A stretch of DNA of 63,878 bases, the filler included, from Phoronis australis (lineage: Eukaryota; Animalia; Phoronida), in assembly GCA_002633005.1 (NCBI GenBank). It is 5 parts of 5 records of this genome, joined end to end, with 100 filler letters (N's around TTAATTAATTAA, not from the genome) between each part and the next. Parts side by side here need not be neighbours in the genome. Positions count along the whole stretch, not along the records: positions 27,211 to 41,489 come from NMRA01001561.1; positions 41,590 to 50,717 come from NMRA01001555.1; positions 50,818 to 62,279 come from NMRA01001297.1; 2 more parts are not named here. One strand, 5' to 3'. Below the pieces are notes generated by a model. The model ran no database searches. It worked only from the letters and a program-made list of their open reading frames with translations, and was not told the DNA's origin. The position numbers and the translations under genes are program-made. Of the stretch, positions 38,791 through 51,786 are shown piece after piece. How positions within the stretch are numbered: position 1 is the stretch's first letter; each line of letters starts with the position of its first letter.

Positions 38791-40790
38791 CGTAGTGCTG
38801 GTGTTTGCTAGCACGGAACTGTGGTTTAGGAGATAGCAGCTGGAATAGGCAGACATGGTTTTATCAGGTGAAGGAAATATTATTATGCAGTGATGTAATA
38901 AAGGGTCTAGTGAAAAACTGGTGTTTCGTGAAGCGTCCAGAATTTGGTGGACCTCGGAAATTTGAATGCTGGAATTAATTGATTTTTTCTTCTTTTTCAG
39001 CTAATAAAAGAGAACATGGACTCATTAAAAATAGCTATTGATCAAATAAACGACGACACAGACGGCCTGCCAGACTATTTTAATCCTGTGAGTATCAAAC
39101 ACACATTCTTGGAAAGTCTAGTTCTTCCCACTAAACATCTTTCAATTGGTTGAAAATTTGCATTCATGTTATTATGGTTCGATGCTCTTCGAAACATTTC
39201 GTCTGCACAGCTCTCCCACTGTTTGCTGGTGATGCTGCATAAAGTCACCAGTACTCATGGACTTATAACATAACACAGGTGTGGCGTCCAGCGTGAAGAC
39301 AGTTGTAACTCACGTGTCTCACAGATTCTGTTCCAGCAGTTTTATTTCCCAGTTAATATGACCTAACCCCCCTTTCTTTACTCTTCATGTCAGACATGCT
39401 TAACCTCATAACATTGCTCACAATTGGCTGGTCTATACACAACCATTTTACACTAGACACTCTGCTGTCACCTAATTGGATTTTAGCTGACTGGCTTTTG
39501 TATAGGTATGAAAATCTATGGGTCAAGGTTAGGTTTACTTGGAGAACAAGGCAATTCTTGGTGCTTATATTTGCTGAATTGTTGTGAGGGCTTTACCTCT
39601 ACTATCCAGTACATGTCCCTTTAATTGTCTCCCAGGTGGACAAGTGGCAGTACGTATCGCCCCCACCCACCCAGATCACTGTCGCACAGGTGCACTCCGA
39701 CTTCCACTCCTCTGGCTCGTCCTCGCCTAAAGACCTGGAAGAGGGCGCTAGAAGTCCTAGCGACAGTGGCGTGGANTGTGCGTGCGTGTGTGTGTGAAGT
39801 GTGCTGTAGTGCTGTTGTTTGCCAGCATGGAACTGTGGTTTAGGGGATAGCAGCTGGAATAGGCAGACATGGTTTTATCAGGTGAAGGAAATATTGTTAT
39901 GCAGTGATGTAATAAAGGGTTTAGTGAAAAACTGGTGTTTCGTGAAGCGTCCAGAATTTGGTGGACCCCGGAAATTTGAATGCTGGAATTAATTGATTTT
40001 TTTCTTTTTCAGCTAATAAAAGAGAACATGGACTCATTAAAAATAGCAATTGATCAAATAAACGACGACACAGACGGCCTGCCAGACTATTTTAATCCTG
40101 TGAGTATCAAGCACACATTCTTGGAAAGTCTAGTTCTTCCCACTAAACATCTTTCAATTGGTTGAAAATTTGCATTCATGTTATAATGGTTCGATGCTCT
40201 TCGAAACATTTCATCTGCACAGCTCTCTTCCACTGTTTGCTGGTGATGCTGCATAAAGTCACCAGTACTCATGGACTTATAACATAACACAGGTTTGGCG
40301 TCCAGCGTGAAGACAGTTGTAACTCACGTGCCTCACAGGTTCTGTTCCGGCAGTTTTATTTCCCAGTTAACATGACCTAACCCACCCTTCCTTTACTCTT
40401 CATGTCAGACATGCTTAACCTCATAACATTTCTCACAATTGGCTGGTCTATACACAACCATGTTACACTAAACACTCTGCTGTCACCTAATTGGATTTTA
40501 GCTGACTGGCTTTTGTATAGGTATGCAAATCTATGGGTCAAGGTTAGGTTTACTTGGAGAACAAGGCAATTCTTGGTGCTTATATTTGCTGAATTGTTGT
40601 GTGGGCTTTACACCTACTATCCAGTACATGTCCCTTTAATTGTCTTCAAGGTGGACAAGTGGCAGTACGTATCGCCCCCACCCACCCATATCACTGTCGC
40701 ACAGGTGCACTCTGACTTCCACTCCTCTGGCTCGTCCTCGCCTAAAGACCTGGAAGAGGGCGCTAGAAGTCCTAGCGACAGTGGCGTGGA
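38757..40790. repeat. ~1-kb near-identical duplication across single N (about 38757-39775 vs 39777-40790), probably uncollapsed haplotypes
   Basis: Intron and exon sequence are both repeated with SNPs and indels; junction is N 39776. Confidence 0.85.
39001..39087 (+). CDS. WHRN: Whirlin exon (copy 1; duplicate at 40013-40099)
   Basis: LIKENMDSLKIAIDQINDDTDGLPDYFNP; AG/GT, phase 0-0. Confidence 0.7.
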
Positions 40791-40838
40791 GGTGAACGGC
40801 CATTACAGCTCTCATGGTAGTCGATCCTCACACGGAAG
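40651..40838 (+). CDS. WHRN: Whirlin exon (complete copy; partial copy at 39636-39775)
   Basis: VDKWQYVSPPPTHITVAQVH...SPSDSGVEVNGH...; GTAAG donor, phase 0-2. Confidence 0.7.
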
Positions 40839-41089
40839 GTAAGGCAGATAGACTAACGTCTGTGAACGCCCTCTATTGACCATCACAGTGTCCAGTTGAC
40901 TTATCCTATTCCAACAAAATACTAGCTGCGTTACTCGTCGTCGAACTCGATCAAATTCACCGAACTAGTGGCAAACCAACAGCTTGTCTGTGTTTTTGAT
41001 GTTCTTTCATCCAAAACTAATTCTCAAAACCTGCGAATAACTCAAATGGCTCTATTCTCTGTCTGAGTAACAAATTTTCTTCATTTCAG

Positions 41090-41489
41090 ATCCGTACCAA
41101 AGCAACTGTCAACATTTACAGTCTCGCCAATAACTTACAGTCCACCTAAATCAGTGAGTGTGAACGGGAAGTCTCCGAAGGACAAATTGAAAATGACCAA
41201 CGGCCAGACACGGTCGCCGAATGACAAATCAAAATCGCCTAGCAACGTAAACTCTCAAAAGCCGCAAACGGCTAAACACGCGCAGGCGAATAAGTACTCT
41301 CGTCACCACAGGGACGAAAATCAGGTCACCAGTCAAGAATTTTCTCAGCAGGAACGACACCACCAGAGGAGTGGCAGTCCTTCCAGGAAACAGGAAGTGA
41401 GTTCGGACAATCCAAGGATGTCGGAGCAGTCTCCTTTATATGTGGACACAAACTATAGCCACCGTGTCAATGCTAATGTGGAGCCGCTG
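41090..41489 (+). CDS. WHRN: Whirlin exon (low-complexity region), truncated by contig end; PDZ3 not present
   Basis: AG acceptor; phase matches the previous exon; open to the linker. Confidence 0.7.
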
Positions 41490-41589
41490 NNNNNNNNNNN
41501 NNNNNNNNNNNNNNNNNNNNNNNNNNNNNNNNNTTAATTAATTAANNNNNNNNNNNNNNNNNNNNNNNNNNNNNNNNNNNNNNNNNNNN
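41490..41589. other. Artificial contig linker
   Basis: 44 N + TTAATTAATTAA + 44 N. Confidence 0.97.
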
Positions 41590-42849
41590 CTTGTGGTTGC
41601 TATGGGAACGTGTTGTTTTTCTGCCAATTCCAAGCCTCGTTACAGCTACATTTTGGCACTTTTTGCGAACTTACCTTGAGAACAATAGTGCAAAATAAAA
41701 CACTTCAAGTTTATCACTGAATTGGGGTGTCTTTCAACTTGCCAGTCATAGAAAATGTCACGGTTTCAGTTACATCTTAGCCGTTTTTGAAGGCTACCAG
41801 TTTAGCTAGTTTGCGGTGATTCCAAAATGTTGAAAATTGCCCTACTTCCTGCCTCAATATCTCAGCTGAAGCCAAATTTAAAACAACAAAACTACAACGA
41901 GTGTTTAGATTGATCTTTGCTCTACAAAATAAAACCATAAAAAGTCTAGGCAATCACCCTTCTTCATACCGCATCGGGCTCTAGAAGTAGGGCACCTCAC
42001 CAAAATTGTGCAACTGGCCAATGTCTGCATAGTAACAAATGAACACGAGGATTCAAAATACAGTTTTGAAATTTCAAAATAGGCGATCAAACATATCAAG
42101 AGAGCTTTAATTTTGTTACTTTACAGAAAAGAATGAGAAGCACAACAAGGCACGTTGGTTTCCTTTGACCCTGATGATAACACTGCCCAATAGCATGTAG
42201 TCACAAATGCATATAGTCACCGTTTCAAAATGCATTATGGTTGAGTAAAAAATCTATAAAGTAAGTCCAGTTATATATAACTGCGAACTCGAATCTGAAA
42301 TTTCAATGTGTGGGTCTGCTTGAAATTTAGTTTTTTAATGTTCTCGAAGTCGGTTGATCGTGTCCCGACGCATCTCAATGCAACGAATTTTATAACGAAC
42401 AATAATAGGTGTATTGGGCCGGAAGGAGACTGCATCTCCATACAGTGTATATCACTAAACCCGAACAAATCAGACAGCAAAGTAGTTAGTCATAAAAAAG
42501 AGATATATTGAAATGGTATGGGATAGATGCTGTGAAATGAGGTCAGAAAAACTGATCTTATAAGGATAGTCGACTACCGGTGAAATTGGCGTTTTTGAAT
42601 AACTTTTCTTACGCGTTTCATTCAGGAAAGTCCTCGAACAGCACACGCCCAGATGTGCATATGGATGTCTGAATATTCTCGCACTATGAATACCAATGTT
42701 TTTTAGTTTTCACCGACAACGCATAGAATGATGTATTTGCGGAATGTTCGTAGACATTTTCGTAAAAAAACACAGGAAACCGAGTATTTTACACGCAAGA
42801 TAGCAGAAAAATCAGTTATCAGATGATTTTTGCATCTATCACAGTTTCA

Positions 42850-43145
42850 ATGGCGGATTCCAGGAGGGGGCCAAGGGGGTCATGTCCCCCTAAAATTCTC
42901 CCAGATACCATTTGTCGGTTCGGGGTGCGAATTGCTGACTAGCATATGCGCGCACCCAGGGGGCTCCGGGGGCGAAAGCACAATGCATTGGCCTTGAACA
43001 AACCCCCTTTACTGGATTTTTTTAGTAATAAGGTCCACAAACCCAAAAATTCGAGACCCCTGAATCCCTACATTTTATGGTGGGCGCGCAGATGTGGCAA
43101 AATTCTGTGCCCTGCCCCCTCCAACTCAAAATCCTGGATCCGCCC
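42850..43145. mobile_element. Short hAT-like MITE
   Basis: GGCGGATTCCAGGA...TCCTGGATCCGCC inverted ends with G/C-run subtermini. Confidence 0.55.
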
Positions 43146-44748
43146 GAGTTTAGTATGGGTATGCAATGGTGTTTGATGCTTACCATCAGTCAGACTCCAA
43201 AAATTCAGAAGTCTCGAGAGTGTAGTGTCAGCTACTTCTTTGAAAAATCATAAGACAATGCATGTGCAGCAAAACGAAAATAAAATACACAAAGTTAACA
43301 TTCCGACTGCATTAAGGTGAACTTGGGTAATCCTGCAAAGAGATTTTGGAAAAAAGTTGGGCAATATTTAAAAACTGTCCTGATTTAAATTATTGTTTAT
43401 GTTAGACATAGAGATGCATTAGAGCAGGTTATACTGTACTTATGTAGCAAAACGATAAGATAGCCAAACATTAAAAAAAACCAAAGTAGTTGAGAGAATA
43501 GTAATACTATATTGAGGCTGATACATGACACAGGCAAATTACACGCCATAAATCAAGTAAATAGAAAAGAAAAAATGTGGTCACATTTACAAAATGCGAG
43601 CAAATTAGCTGTACAATGAGACACCTTTAGTCAGCACAGATGACACGTCACAAAATGGAAATAGCATTTTGTCTGACTACTTTTGACATACTGTATTTCA
43701 AATGTCTCTGAGTCTTGTATACATGAAAATTGTGCTACTGCGGCAATTCCATCGACTCAACAATCTTTTGTCACAGTTCAAATCGACGGTCTTCCTCAGC
43801 AATTCTTTTCATTCCAAAGGCATCAAACAGTGCGAGTTTCCCAGAATGATTGAGTGCTGCTAAACGGGAAAATATTTAATCTGTTGAGGTGAGAGATATT
43901 CTTCAAAACATCACTATGACCAGGAGCAATACATTCATGGGTTACAGATAATGCTTTGCTGGCTTTTTGTTTGTAATATCGCTAGGACCTTTCAGCAAAT
44001 TCATCGATGTCAGTTAGAAGCTGGGTCCCAACAGGGTTGACTCTTCCATCAGATGCAGCAGTGAGAAACTGATTCGACTTATGGATCTTTGGCAAAGGCG
44101 TGGGCAGCCAGAATGATGGTTGGTCCCCCTCATTTCCACTTGAAAAATTTGCCTGTAAATATTACAATTATATGCAACTTAATCCGTAAACACAAGAATT
44201 ATATTTCCCATAAATAGCCTTTACCCAATATTAATTTTCACCATTCAAAATAGCTTGGAAAGATGGCCACTCACATATGCATGCAACCCTCATTGTGTGC
44301 AAGCAGCACTCAAAACAAAAGATGTCGTCAATTAATCAAAATGTAAGTTCACTACTAAAACCTGGAAAGCCATCAATTTTGATATATAGCATTGCCACGG
44401 CTTCGAAATGCCATAAAGTTAGGACAAGATCCCACAGTCTTCATGCCATGATGCTGATGAGAAAATTTTATGTTTTAGTACAAGATTTTCAGGCTAAAAG
44501 GAATACAATTGCATCTTCAATATTTTTAGCTAATGCACCTTTCAAAATTTGCCTCAGTGGTCACTAAAACAACCCGGAGCAACTATAAAAATCCTGTTAT
44601 GACCTATTTGAAGTACCTAAGCTTTCATTACAAGCAGTCTTCCCTCTCAGAGGAATTTTCAAATGTTGACAGTTGTAGTGAAATAACTGGCACAGAACTA
44701 AACAGATTGTGCACTTATGAACATACAGCACACATCACGAATTTTTGT

Positions 44749-44929
44749 CCGACCGGTCGGAAATTGGTCGACGACCGGCCGTGGACAGGTCGTCTAGCCG
44801 ACCAGCAGCCGACCAACAACGGTCGGCTAGGAGCCGTCTGCTGAGTCGCCTCTGTGGGCGGCACTTGGGTCGGCTAAGTGGTCGCCTAGCGTAGACGACC
44901 AATTTGGATTAAGCGTGTCCTCGGTCGGC
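44749..44929. repeat. GC-rich fold-back repeat built from CCGACC/GGTCGG motifs (MITE-like)
   Basis: Inverted AAATTGGTCG / CGACCAATTT and TAGCCGACC / GGTCGGCTA pairs. Confidence 0.55.
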
Positions 44930-46930
44930 AATTACCATTTTATGTAGCTCCCCAAATAAACATAGTTCAAAGTCTGTTAACGCTATCCATTGACTCACAA
45001 GCTCTGGCCAAAACTTGCAAAACATAACTTGTGCACCCAAAAATTGCAGTGCGTGAAGCCAAATCCACTTTGACTGAGAGACATGGTTGACAAGACAGTA
45101 AATACAGCATACATGCAAAGTGTTTTGTCTGCAAATACAAGGACAGGGTTACAGTCCATCAGTAATGTTTCCTAGCAGATGAGTTAGTGAGACTGTCACC
45201 AGTTTTTGAGTCAATGCGCAGTTTACAAGCCCACCAGCCCTGTTTATATTTGAGGCAATTAGCAAACCTTGTAGTTACATACTCCTGTAACTATGGACAA
45301 CTTGTGCAGTAAAACTTCAGAGATGCAAAATTTGCTGAATGCACGGCATTTTTATTGTCTACGAGGTTTATAAGCAACCACAATACAACTGAAATAAAAA
45401 TCTACTACAACTACTGTTTTGCGATCATTAAATGTTGATGCACTTAATCCGGGAACCAAGAAACTCAGAAAAAGGTTTTCTTCAACAACACTCCAATTCA
45501 TTAACTAACTACTTACTAGTACTCTTTCTGTAGTAAGCTCAACAACAGTGGCTAACTTCTTTGGTAAACGCTTACAATTTCTGCATAGACCTGCAATAGA
45601 ATTTTATGGAAAGTAGGCATAACAGAACTTCCAATAGAATGCTGTATTTTGAATCCCCAAATGTTTTCCCAGTCTTATTTTTGAGGTTGAAGGATTCAGG
45701 TATAAGGGACCTTAACGGTGTTAAAACTTTAGCCATGTTAATTAAAGTAGGCTGTGTTGTAATGGGGTTCCACTCATACTTGGAAAATTATGTATCTCTG
45801 GTTATACAGATAGAGCAATGTGACCAATCAGAAGTGACTACAGGTGAATTAGATGAGAAATTGGTGTCAGCTAGGAGACAAGGGCTCGATTAAATCTTTT
45901 GATAATGGACACCAAATTTCCACTTCTTACACATGCGTATTCATAAAATGGTATGTATTTCGACAAACCCTAAATATTGAGATAAAGTGAATATTTTACT
46001 AATACAAGTCAGTACTGGAAGAAGTTACTAAAATTACTCTAGTACTCGAGTGTCGCTTTACTTCATGTAGGATTGTGCCCTTCATGGCGACTGCAGTCAG
46101 AATCTAGTTGAGAAAGGAAATATAATAAAGGCGTTATCAACAGGTATAGAGTATTGATGACCTGCAGCTGCATAACAACTTACCTGACCCAACTGGAATC
46201 GATGCATTCTGTTCTTCCAGAAATTCTTTGTTGACTGTATTTCCACTTACATTCCAAACTCAAGCTTGGCCTTGGGCTTAGAGCCTTTCTGATGTTGAAG
46301 GTGGGCACATATCTTACTTTTACTTGGCCTCCATCTGATTCCATGCTGAGGTCGACGATTTCCACAAACTGGGGGGGGGGCAAACTGTTGTAAACAAGCC
46401 CACTCTGACCCTGGCAAGAATCAGCTGCCACTTTCTTCACTCAGTTTCAGTTTCAGCACTGCCACTGAACGGGACTGGGTCGGTGACTTTAACATATTTC
46501 AAATGGCTTTCTATTGACTTGCTGCAATCAGTTAGTGCTTAAATTGCTTGCTGCATGGTTTCGATATTCCTTTGAAGCTCCATAAACCAGATTTGAAGGA
46601 TTATGCCAACGAACACACTATATTAACAACTTCCACCACCTCATCAGCCATTTTTTCTTCAGTGATATCAGAGACACCTGTAGGGCTCTTCATCAAAACG
46701 GTAATTCAAAGTAAAAAAANNNNNNNNNNNNNNNNNNNNNNNNNNNNNNNNNNNNNNNNNNNNNNNNNNNNNNNNNNNNNNNNNNNNNNNNNNNNNNNNN
46801 NNNNNNNNNNNNNNNNNNNNNNNNNNNNNNNNNNNNNNNNNNNNNNNNNNNNNNNNNNNNNNNNNNNNNNNNNNNNNNNNNNNNNNNNNNNNNNNNNNNN
46901 NNNNNNNNNNNNNNNNNNNNNNNNNNNNNN

Positions 46931-47562
46931 TTTTTTAAAGAAAATGGAACCTGAGTGACGATGAAAAAACAGAAGCTGCTGGTAAGATGGGAATTTTAAT
47001 AGAAGCCTTAGTGAATCACTCAGAAACTCGCAATACTCTCTTTGTCAAACCTTATGTTAAGACGATTTCCAAAGCAATCCCCGGTCATTATTGCCAACAC
47101 GAATAACGGATTTGGTCTTTTGGGCATTTTAAGACTATTTTGAATACGACAAATTTGTTAAGAATCGATGGCACAAAACGTGTAATAAGCATTACAAAAA
47201 GAAGTAGGTTTCGCGCGCAAACGCTGTGGACCATAAACAAGTAGGCCTTTTAGTAAGAATTAATAGTAAAGTCGTGGTGGTGTAGTGGTAACGCACGTGC
47301 GCTCTATGCGCAAGGTCGTGAGTTCGAGTCTTTGGTACTTGCTGCTTTTCCTGTTTGACGCGTTCTCCGTGTTATTTGTTTTTGCCTTTTTTCTTGGTTA
47401 ATACTTCAGAAACCAAGGAAAATAATTGATTTTTAGAGGTCGAAACAGAAAAATTTCCTGGGCGGGCAAACCCCCCTCCCAACCTCCCCCCATTTGGTGC
47501 AAATGTTTACAGCGGGACAAAAATGTTGGGCCCCCCCTTGTGATATCCTAGATCCGCCACTG
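46931..47562 (+). mobile_element. Partial hAT-like MITE (same family as 27211-27946) with tRNA-like cassette at 47271-47338
   Basis: Homology to 27211-27600; ends CTAGATCCGCCACTG; A box TGGTGTAGTGG, B box GTTCGAGTC. Confidence 0.7.
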
Positions 47563-48736
47563 TTACTATATGAAGATATGTGTTTGCCGGTGGTTTTGAT
47601 GCCCAATATCTATTCTACTAAGATAGATCAAACCCACAATTAAGTTTCAAAGTGTAAATTTTGGCTTCAGCTGAGATTGACTCATTCAAACCTAGGCAAG
47701 TAATCCATGTTTTCTGCTTGTATGAACCCATGACCCTTCAAACCCGAAATGTGGAATTTAAGGTGCAACTTGACACTTTTATTTTTCATTTTTACGAAGA
47801 CAGTGGATGACTTTATACAAAATAGTAGCTATTTTATTTTCTAGTAGCTTCTGTAATTACTTACAATGTCACAAAAAATGTGATTATTTGGGTAAGTTCT
47901 GATAGTGGTTTTCAGTGAAAACTGAGGTACCCGACTTTTAAGCTACCTAACGCCATAGAATTTATTTAAAGTGCATTTTAGTAATTACCATAAGAAAGTA
48001 AACAAAAATGCATAATATGATCCAAATCCGTCACATAGGGTTTATCACCCCTGTATGTATTTTTGCCTGATCTGAAGTGTACTGCACTCTTAAGCATTTA
48101 ATGTGTAGCATTCATTCCTTCAATTGAGATAAAAAGTTCACAGGGGCAAAGGAGTCATTTTGTTGGTTGAGTCTACTTAGACACTGGAGCAAATGGTTGA
48201 AAATGTGTTGTTTTTGTGGGCTATTCTTGCAACAACACACAACACAATCCTCTACAGAGTTACTCCAACACTTATACTCTGTTTTTAAACCAGGGTCATG
48301 GATAGAGACTTGGCTTTGTGGCAGAAGGGAATAACCAAAGATGTGTTTGAGGCGGCCAAGTCTCGTGGAACTCACTACCAGATCATCAACCACAAACTAT
48401 ACAGGGAAAAAGACTGCATGTTTCCGTTCAGGTGAGTTAGATTGCTTATCAGTGTTCTGATTATCAGTCTGTTCCAATTAGTATGATCACTGGTGTTCTT
48501 ATGGATGCTTTTGGGATGGGCGTATTTTGTTGTTTATTTAACATAAGTCCAGCTTTAGGATTAGTAACTTTTTTAAATGACTCTCAGGTCTCAGTTTGGC
48601 AACCTGCATGCCGTCAATACAACCTAAGATTCCGTTTGGGTAACTGGTAAAATTGCAAGGACATGCTCAAAATACTGCTAGAAGTAAGCATACTTTTTGG
48701 AAAAGTCCGTAAAGGTCCATTCATTTCCCTCTTTGT

Positions 48737-49727
48737 ATGTGGACGCATTATGCTGTCGTGTCTGTCCGTCTGTCCGACGTCCTCTGCTCCATCTCCAAAA
48801 CCCTTGATGCATGTTTATGAAGTTTGCTTGTATGATCCTATCATGGATGGGACGGCATGAGCGAACTTTCAGATGGCATGAGCGAGATTTCAAACGGATC
48901 CAACTACTGGTTTGCCACCTTGTAGCAATTTTAGCTTTTTATGTTTTAATTCTGTATCTTTAAAGTTCCTCTCAACGGATTTTCATCGAATTTGGCTAAT
49001 AGGCATCTATTAGTGGGTTGACGCTACCCTCCTATTTTCGGATAAATTTGAGTGGCCATGTTTATTGTTTTTAAGTCTGTTTTTGGCATCCGCACGTGTA
49101 TCAACCGAACCACTCTCGGGATGATTGTGAAAATTACCATTATCTTCCAGCTGTTAATAGGATTGCTAAGGATGGTTTTCGAAAACTTCGACTACTGTGG
49201 CGCTTTTGTTTTTTTTTTTGGTGCCCGTAGCTGTATCTCTTATTTCCTCTGCAATATCTTTATTGAATTAAGCACTTGTATTTATGTGAAGGTGACAACG
49301 GATGACAATGACTTTCGGTCAGATTCGACAAATGCTGTGCCCCTCTGTTTCGCTGTAATTTATCGACAGATTTTTATGAAATTTAGTAAATAGTTTTCTA
49401 TTAAAGAAACAATGACATGTTCCCGTTTTTGGATGGATTCAATGTATTTTGCGCAATGTAGTGGCCAATTTTGCTGTTTTGTACTCTGTTTTTGGCATCC
49501 GCCCCTCTCAACCAAATCAACTCTTAAGGATGAATTGGAAAACTGGTCTTTATGTTTCTACTGCTAAGAGGACAGCTGACTGATAATGATTTTGGATGAC
49601 TTGGACTACTGTGGCGCCTCCTAGTGGCAGTTGTTTTGGTTTGGATGGGTTTGACGCATTCTGTACCATCTTAAGGCCAGTTTTATCAGTTCTGGGCGCA
49701 TTGCAACGCTACGTGGTGCTCTTTTTT
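48737..49727 (+). mobile_element. Helentron-type non-autonomous element (HINE/DINE-1-like)
   Basis: Inverted homologue of 57896-58850; (GTCY)n tract, GGGCGCAT subTIR and terminal hairpin. Confidence 0.75.
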
Positions 49728-49779
49728 ATAAGCAGCGATTTCATTAATAATTTTCGACACTCTCAAGTGTTGCTTGGCT

Positions 49780-50290
49780 GACACTTATCTTTTCTCTGCT
49801 GTTGCAATTAGAATTTCATAGGATGTCTGCACATCACAAATTTGTCTCCCATTTCTAGCCCATTTTGAAAAAAAAATTCAAGCAGTTGTTTGGAGCATGT
49901 TCAAAAATTCTCGAGGTGCAGTGACATTTGAATAAGTACTTGCCAGGCATGCGAAGCAACTGAGAACCTCAGCAGTCATTTCAATAGATTTTTTAAACTC
50001 TTTTAAACTCTCTTGTGCGTTATTCGCCATTTGGTGCCAACATTTGCAGCCAGATGAAGTCCAAGGTTTGCTTTCATTATCACCATCGTCACTACTGTCC
50101 CATTTCAAACTTGCAGATGCAGTGGCGTTGAACACTTCATCTTGCAGATCATAAGGAAACTTCCAGACATGGAGCTGGTCGTCAACACTCGCGACTNTTC
50201 CCCTTCGAAGGTCTGGTAACTTTAGACAGTTTTTCAGGATCATAAAATGTTCACTGGTCCAAGTGTAATCTTTGTCGCACAGATGATTTT
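49780..50290 (-). pseudogene. Possible decayed hAT transposase C-terminus
   Basis: LKEFKK...TYSNV...LQTTA followed, across a stop and frameshift, by FFSKM; loosely resembles the hAT dimerisation motif. Confidence 0.3.
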
Positions 50291-50717
50291 CTTGAATGCT
50301 TTAAAGAGGGTAAGCCAAGGGTTCCACAAATTCGAACAAACAAAAATATATATTTTTTAAATCGTACTGTACTCAATTAGTTAAAAATTGCCAAACTTTT
50401 ACCATGTGTTTGTTGATGACATCCGTACAATGCAACCTCTGTAAATTTCCCTCAGGTCTATTTTTTGACAGTTTTGAAAAAATAAAATTTCAGACTTTTC
50501 GGTCGTACTGTGCACTAAGTTGATAAAACTTTACTTTAATAAAAAGGCTGTTTTCCAGGATATTAATTATGTGTGCAATATTGTGAAGTTAGGTGACTGA
50601 TATAATTGTCTTATCTCTGCATTGCATTCCTCATTGACTGATTAAAGGCGAAGGCAACCTTTTTCCATGTCATTTTGAGCTAAAATAAGGTTGGTTGGTT
50701 ATCCTAGACATATTTTC

Positions 50718-50817
50718 NNNNNNNNNNNNNNNNNNNNNNNNNNNNNNNNNNNNNNNNNNNNTTAATTAATTAANNNNNNNNNNNNNNNNNNNNNNNNNNN
50801 NNNNNNNNNNNNNNNNN
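50718..50817. other. Artificial contig linker
   Basis: 44 N + TTAATTAATTAA + 44 N. Confidence 0.97.
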
Positions 50818-51319
50818 ACATTTCCCTGCGCTCTTACTGTTTTATTTTTTTTGCGGCAGCCAAGGGGGGGGGCCGGGCCCCCTGGGCCCCCCCCCCCTAA
50901 ATCCGCCTATGGAGTCAGTGAACAGTGTTTGCAGGTACGTGAGTCAGGTTCATGCAACCATGACTTTGTAGTTTAGGTACCTTGCCTTAGCAAAGTTAGA
51001 CTTTGTACAAGTAGACCTTTGAAGATAGGCCAGGTGAAGCTGCACAAGACACCATTAGTTAGCCTAATGAGAACAGGTGTACTTACTGTGAACTCCATGG
51101 GAAAGTGTCAACAAATCGTCTAGCAGAGGCAAACAGACAAAAAGAACAAGTAGTTGTTAGTATGACAGAAGGAAACTATGGGCTAAAACTAATCAAAGCT
51201 ACTTGTGTGCCTTTCTCCAACATCATCCTGTTTCTCATTATTTTTTTTATTTTTCTAATCCCACCTTGATCATCTTGCAACAAAAAACTCAAAATTTGAC
51301 AAAGTGTATGTACTGGTAC

Positions 51320-51578
51320 TACTGCTGAAAGGCACAAACAATGTATTGATACCACTCACTGCTGCAGGGCACAAACAACATATTGATACTACTGCTGCAG
51401 GGTACAATCAATGTATTGATACTACTGCTGCAGGGTACAATCAATGTATTGATACTACTACAGCAGCAGGGTACAAACAACATATTGATACTGCTGCTGC
51501 AGGGCACAAACACTGTATTGACGCCATTGCTGTAGGCACAAACAATGTATTGATACCAGCTGCAGGGTACAAACAATG
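51320..51578. repeat. ~33-bp minisatellite, about 8 degenerate copies
   Basis: Unit CTGCTGCAGGGTACAA(A/T)CAATGTATTGATACTA. Confidence 0.9.
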
Positions 51579-51786
51579 CTTTTGCAGTAGAATCTCATAC
51601 AAGTGTTCATTTTCTATGGTAGGCTTAACAGTTACCAGAGCATTACCCTAACCTTCATTTAGGATATAATACTGCTGAAAGACACACAAATTAATACAGT
51701 AAGAAAATGAAACCCTTTAACACACTTGCTCAAGCCAAAAGCAACAGTTGTGGCCAATAGATATATAAGGCAAGCTGACTTCTAGA

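Noticed and set aside
43600-44560. Protein-like minus-strand stretches, possible transposon ORF relic
   Set aside because: Many stops and no recognisable motif.
51304-51651. Repetitive ORF (TTAAGYNQCID)
   Set aside because: 33-bp minisatellite with no splice or gene context.
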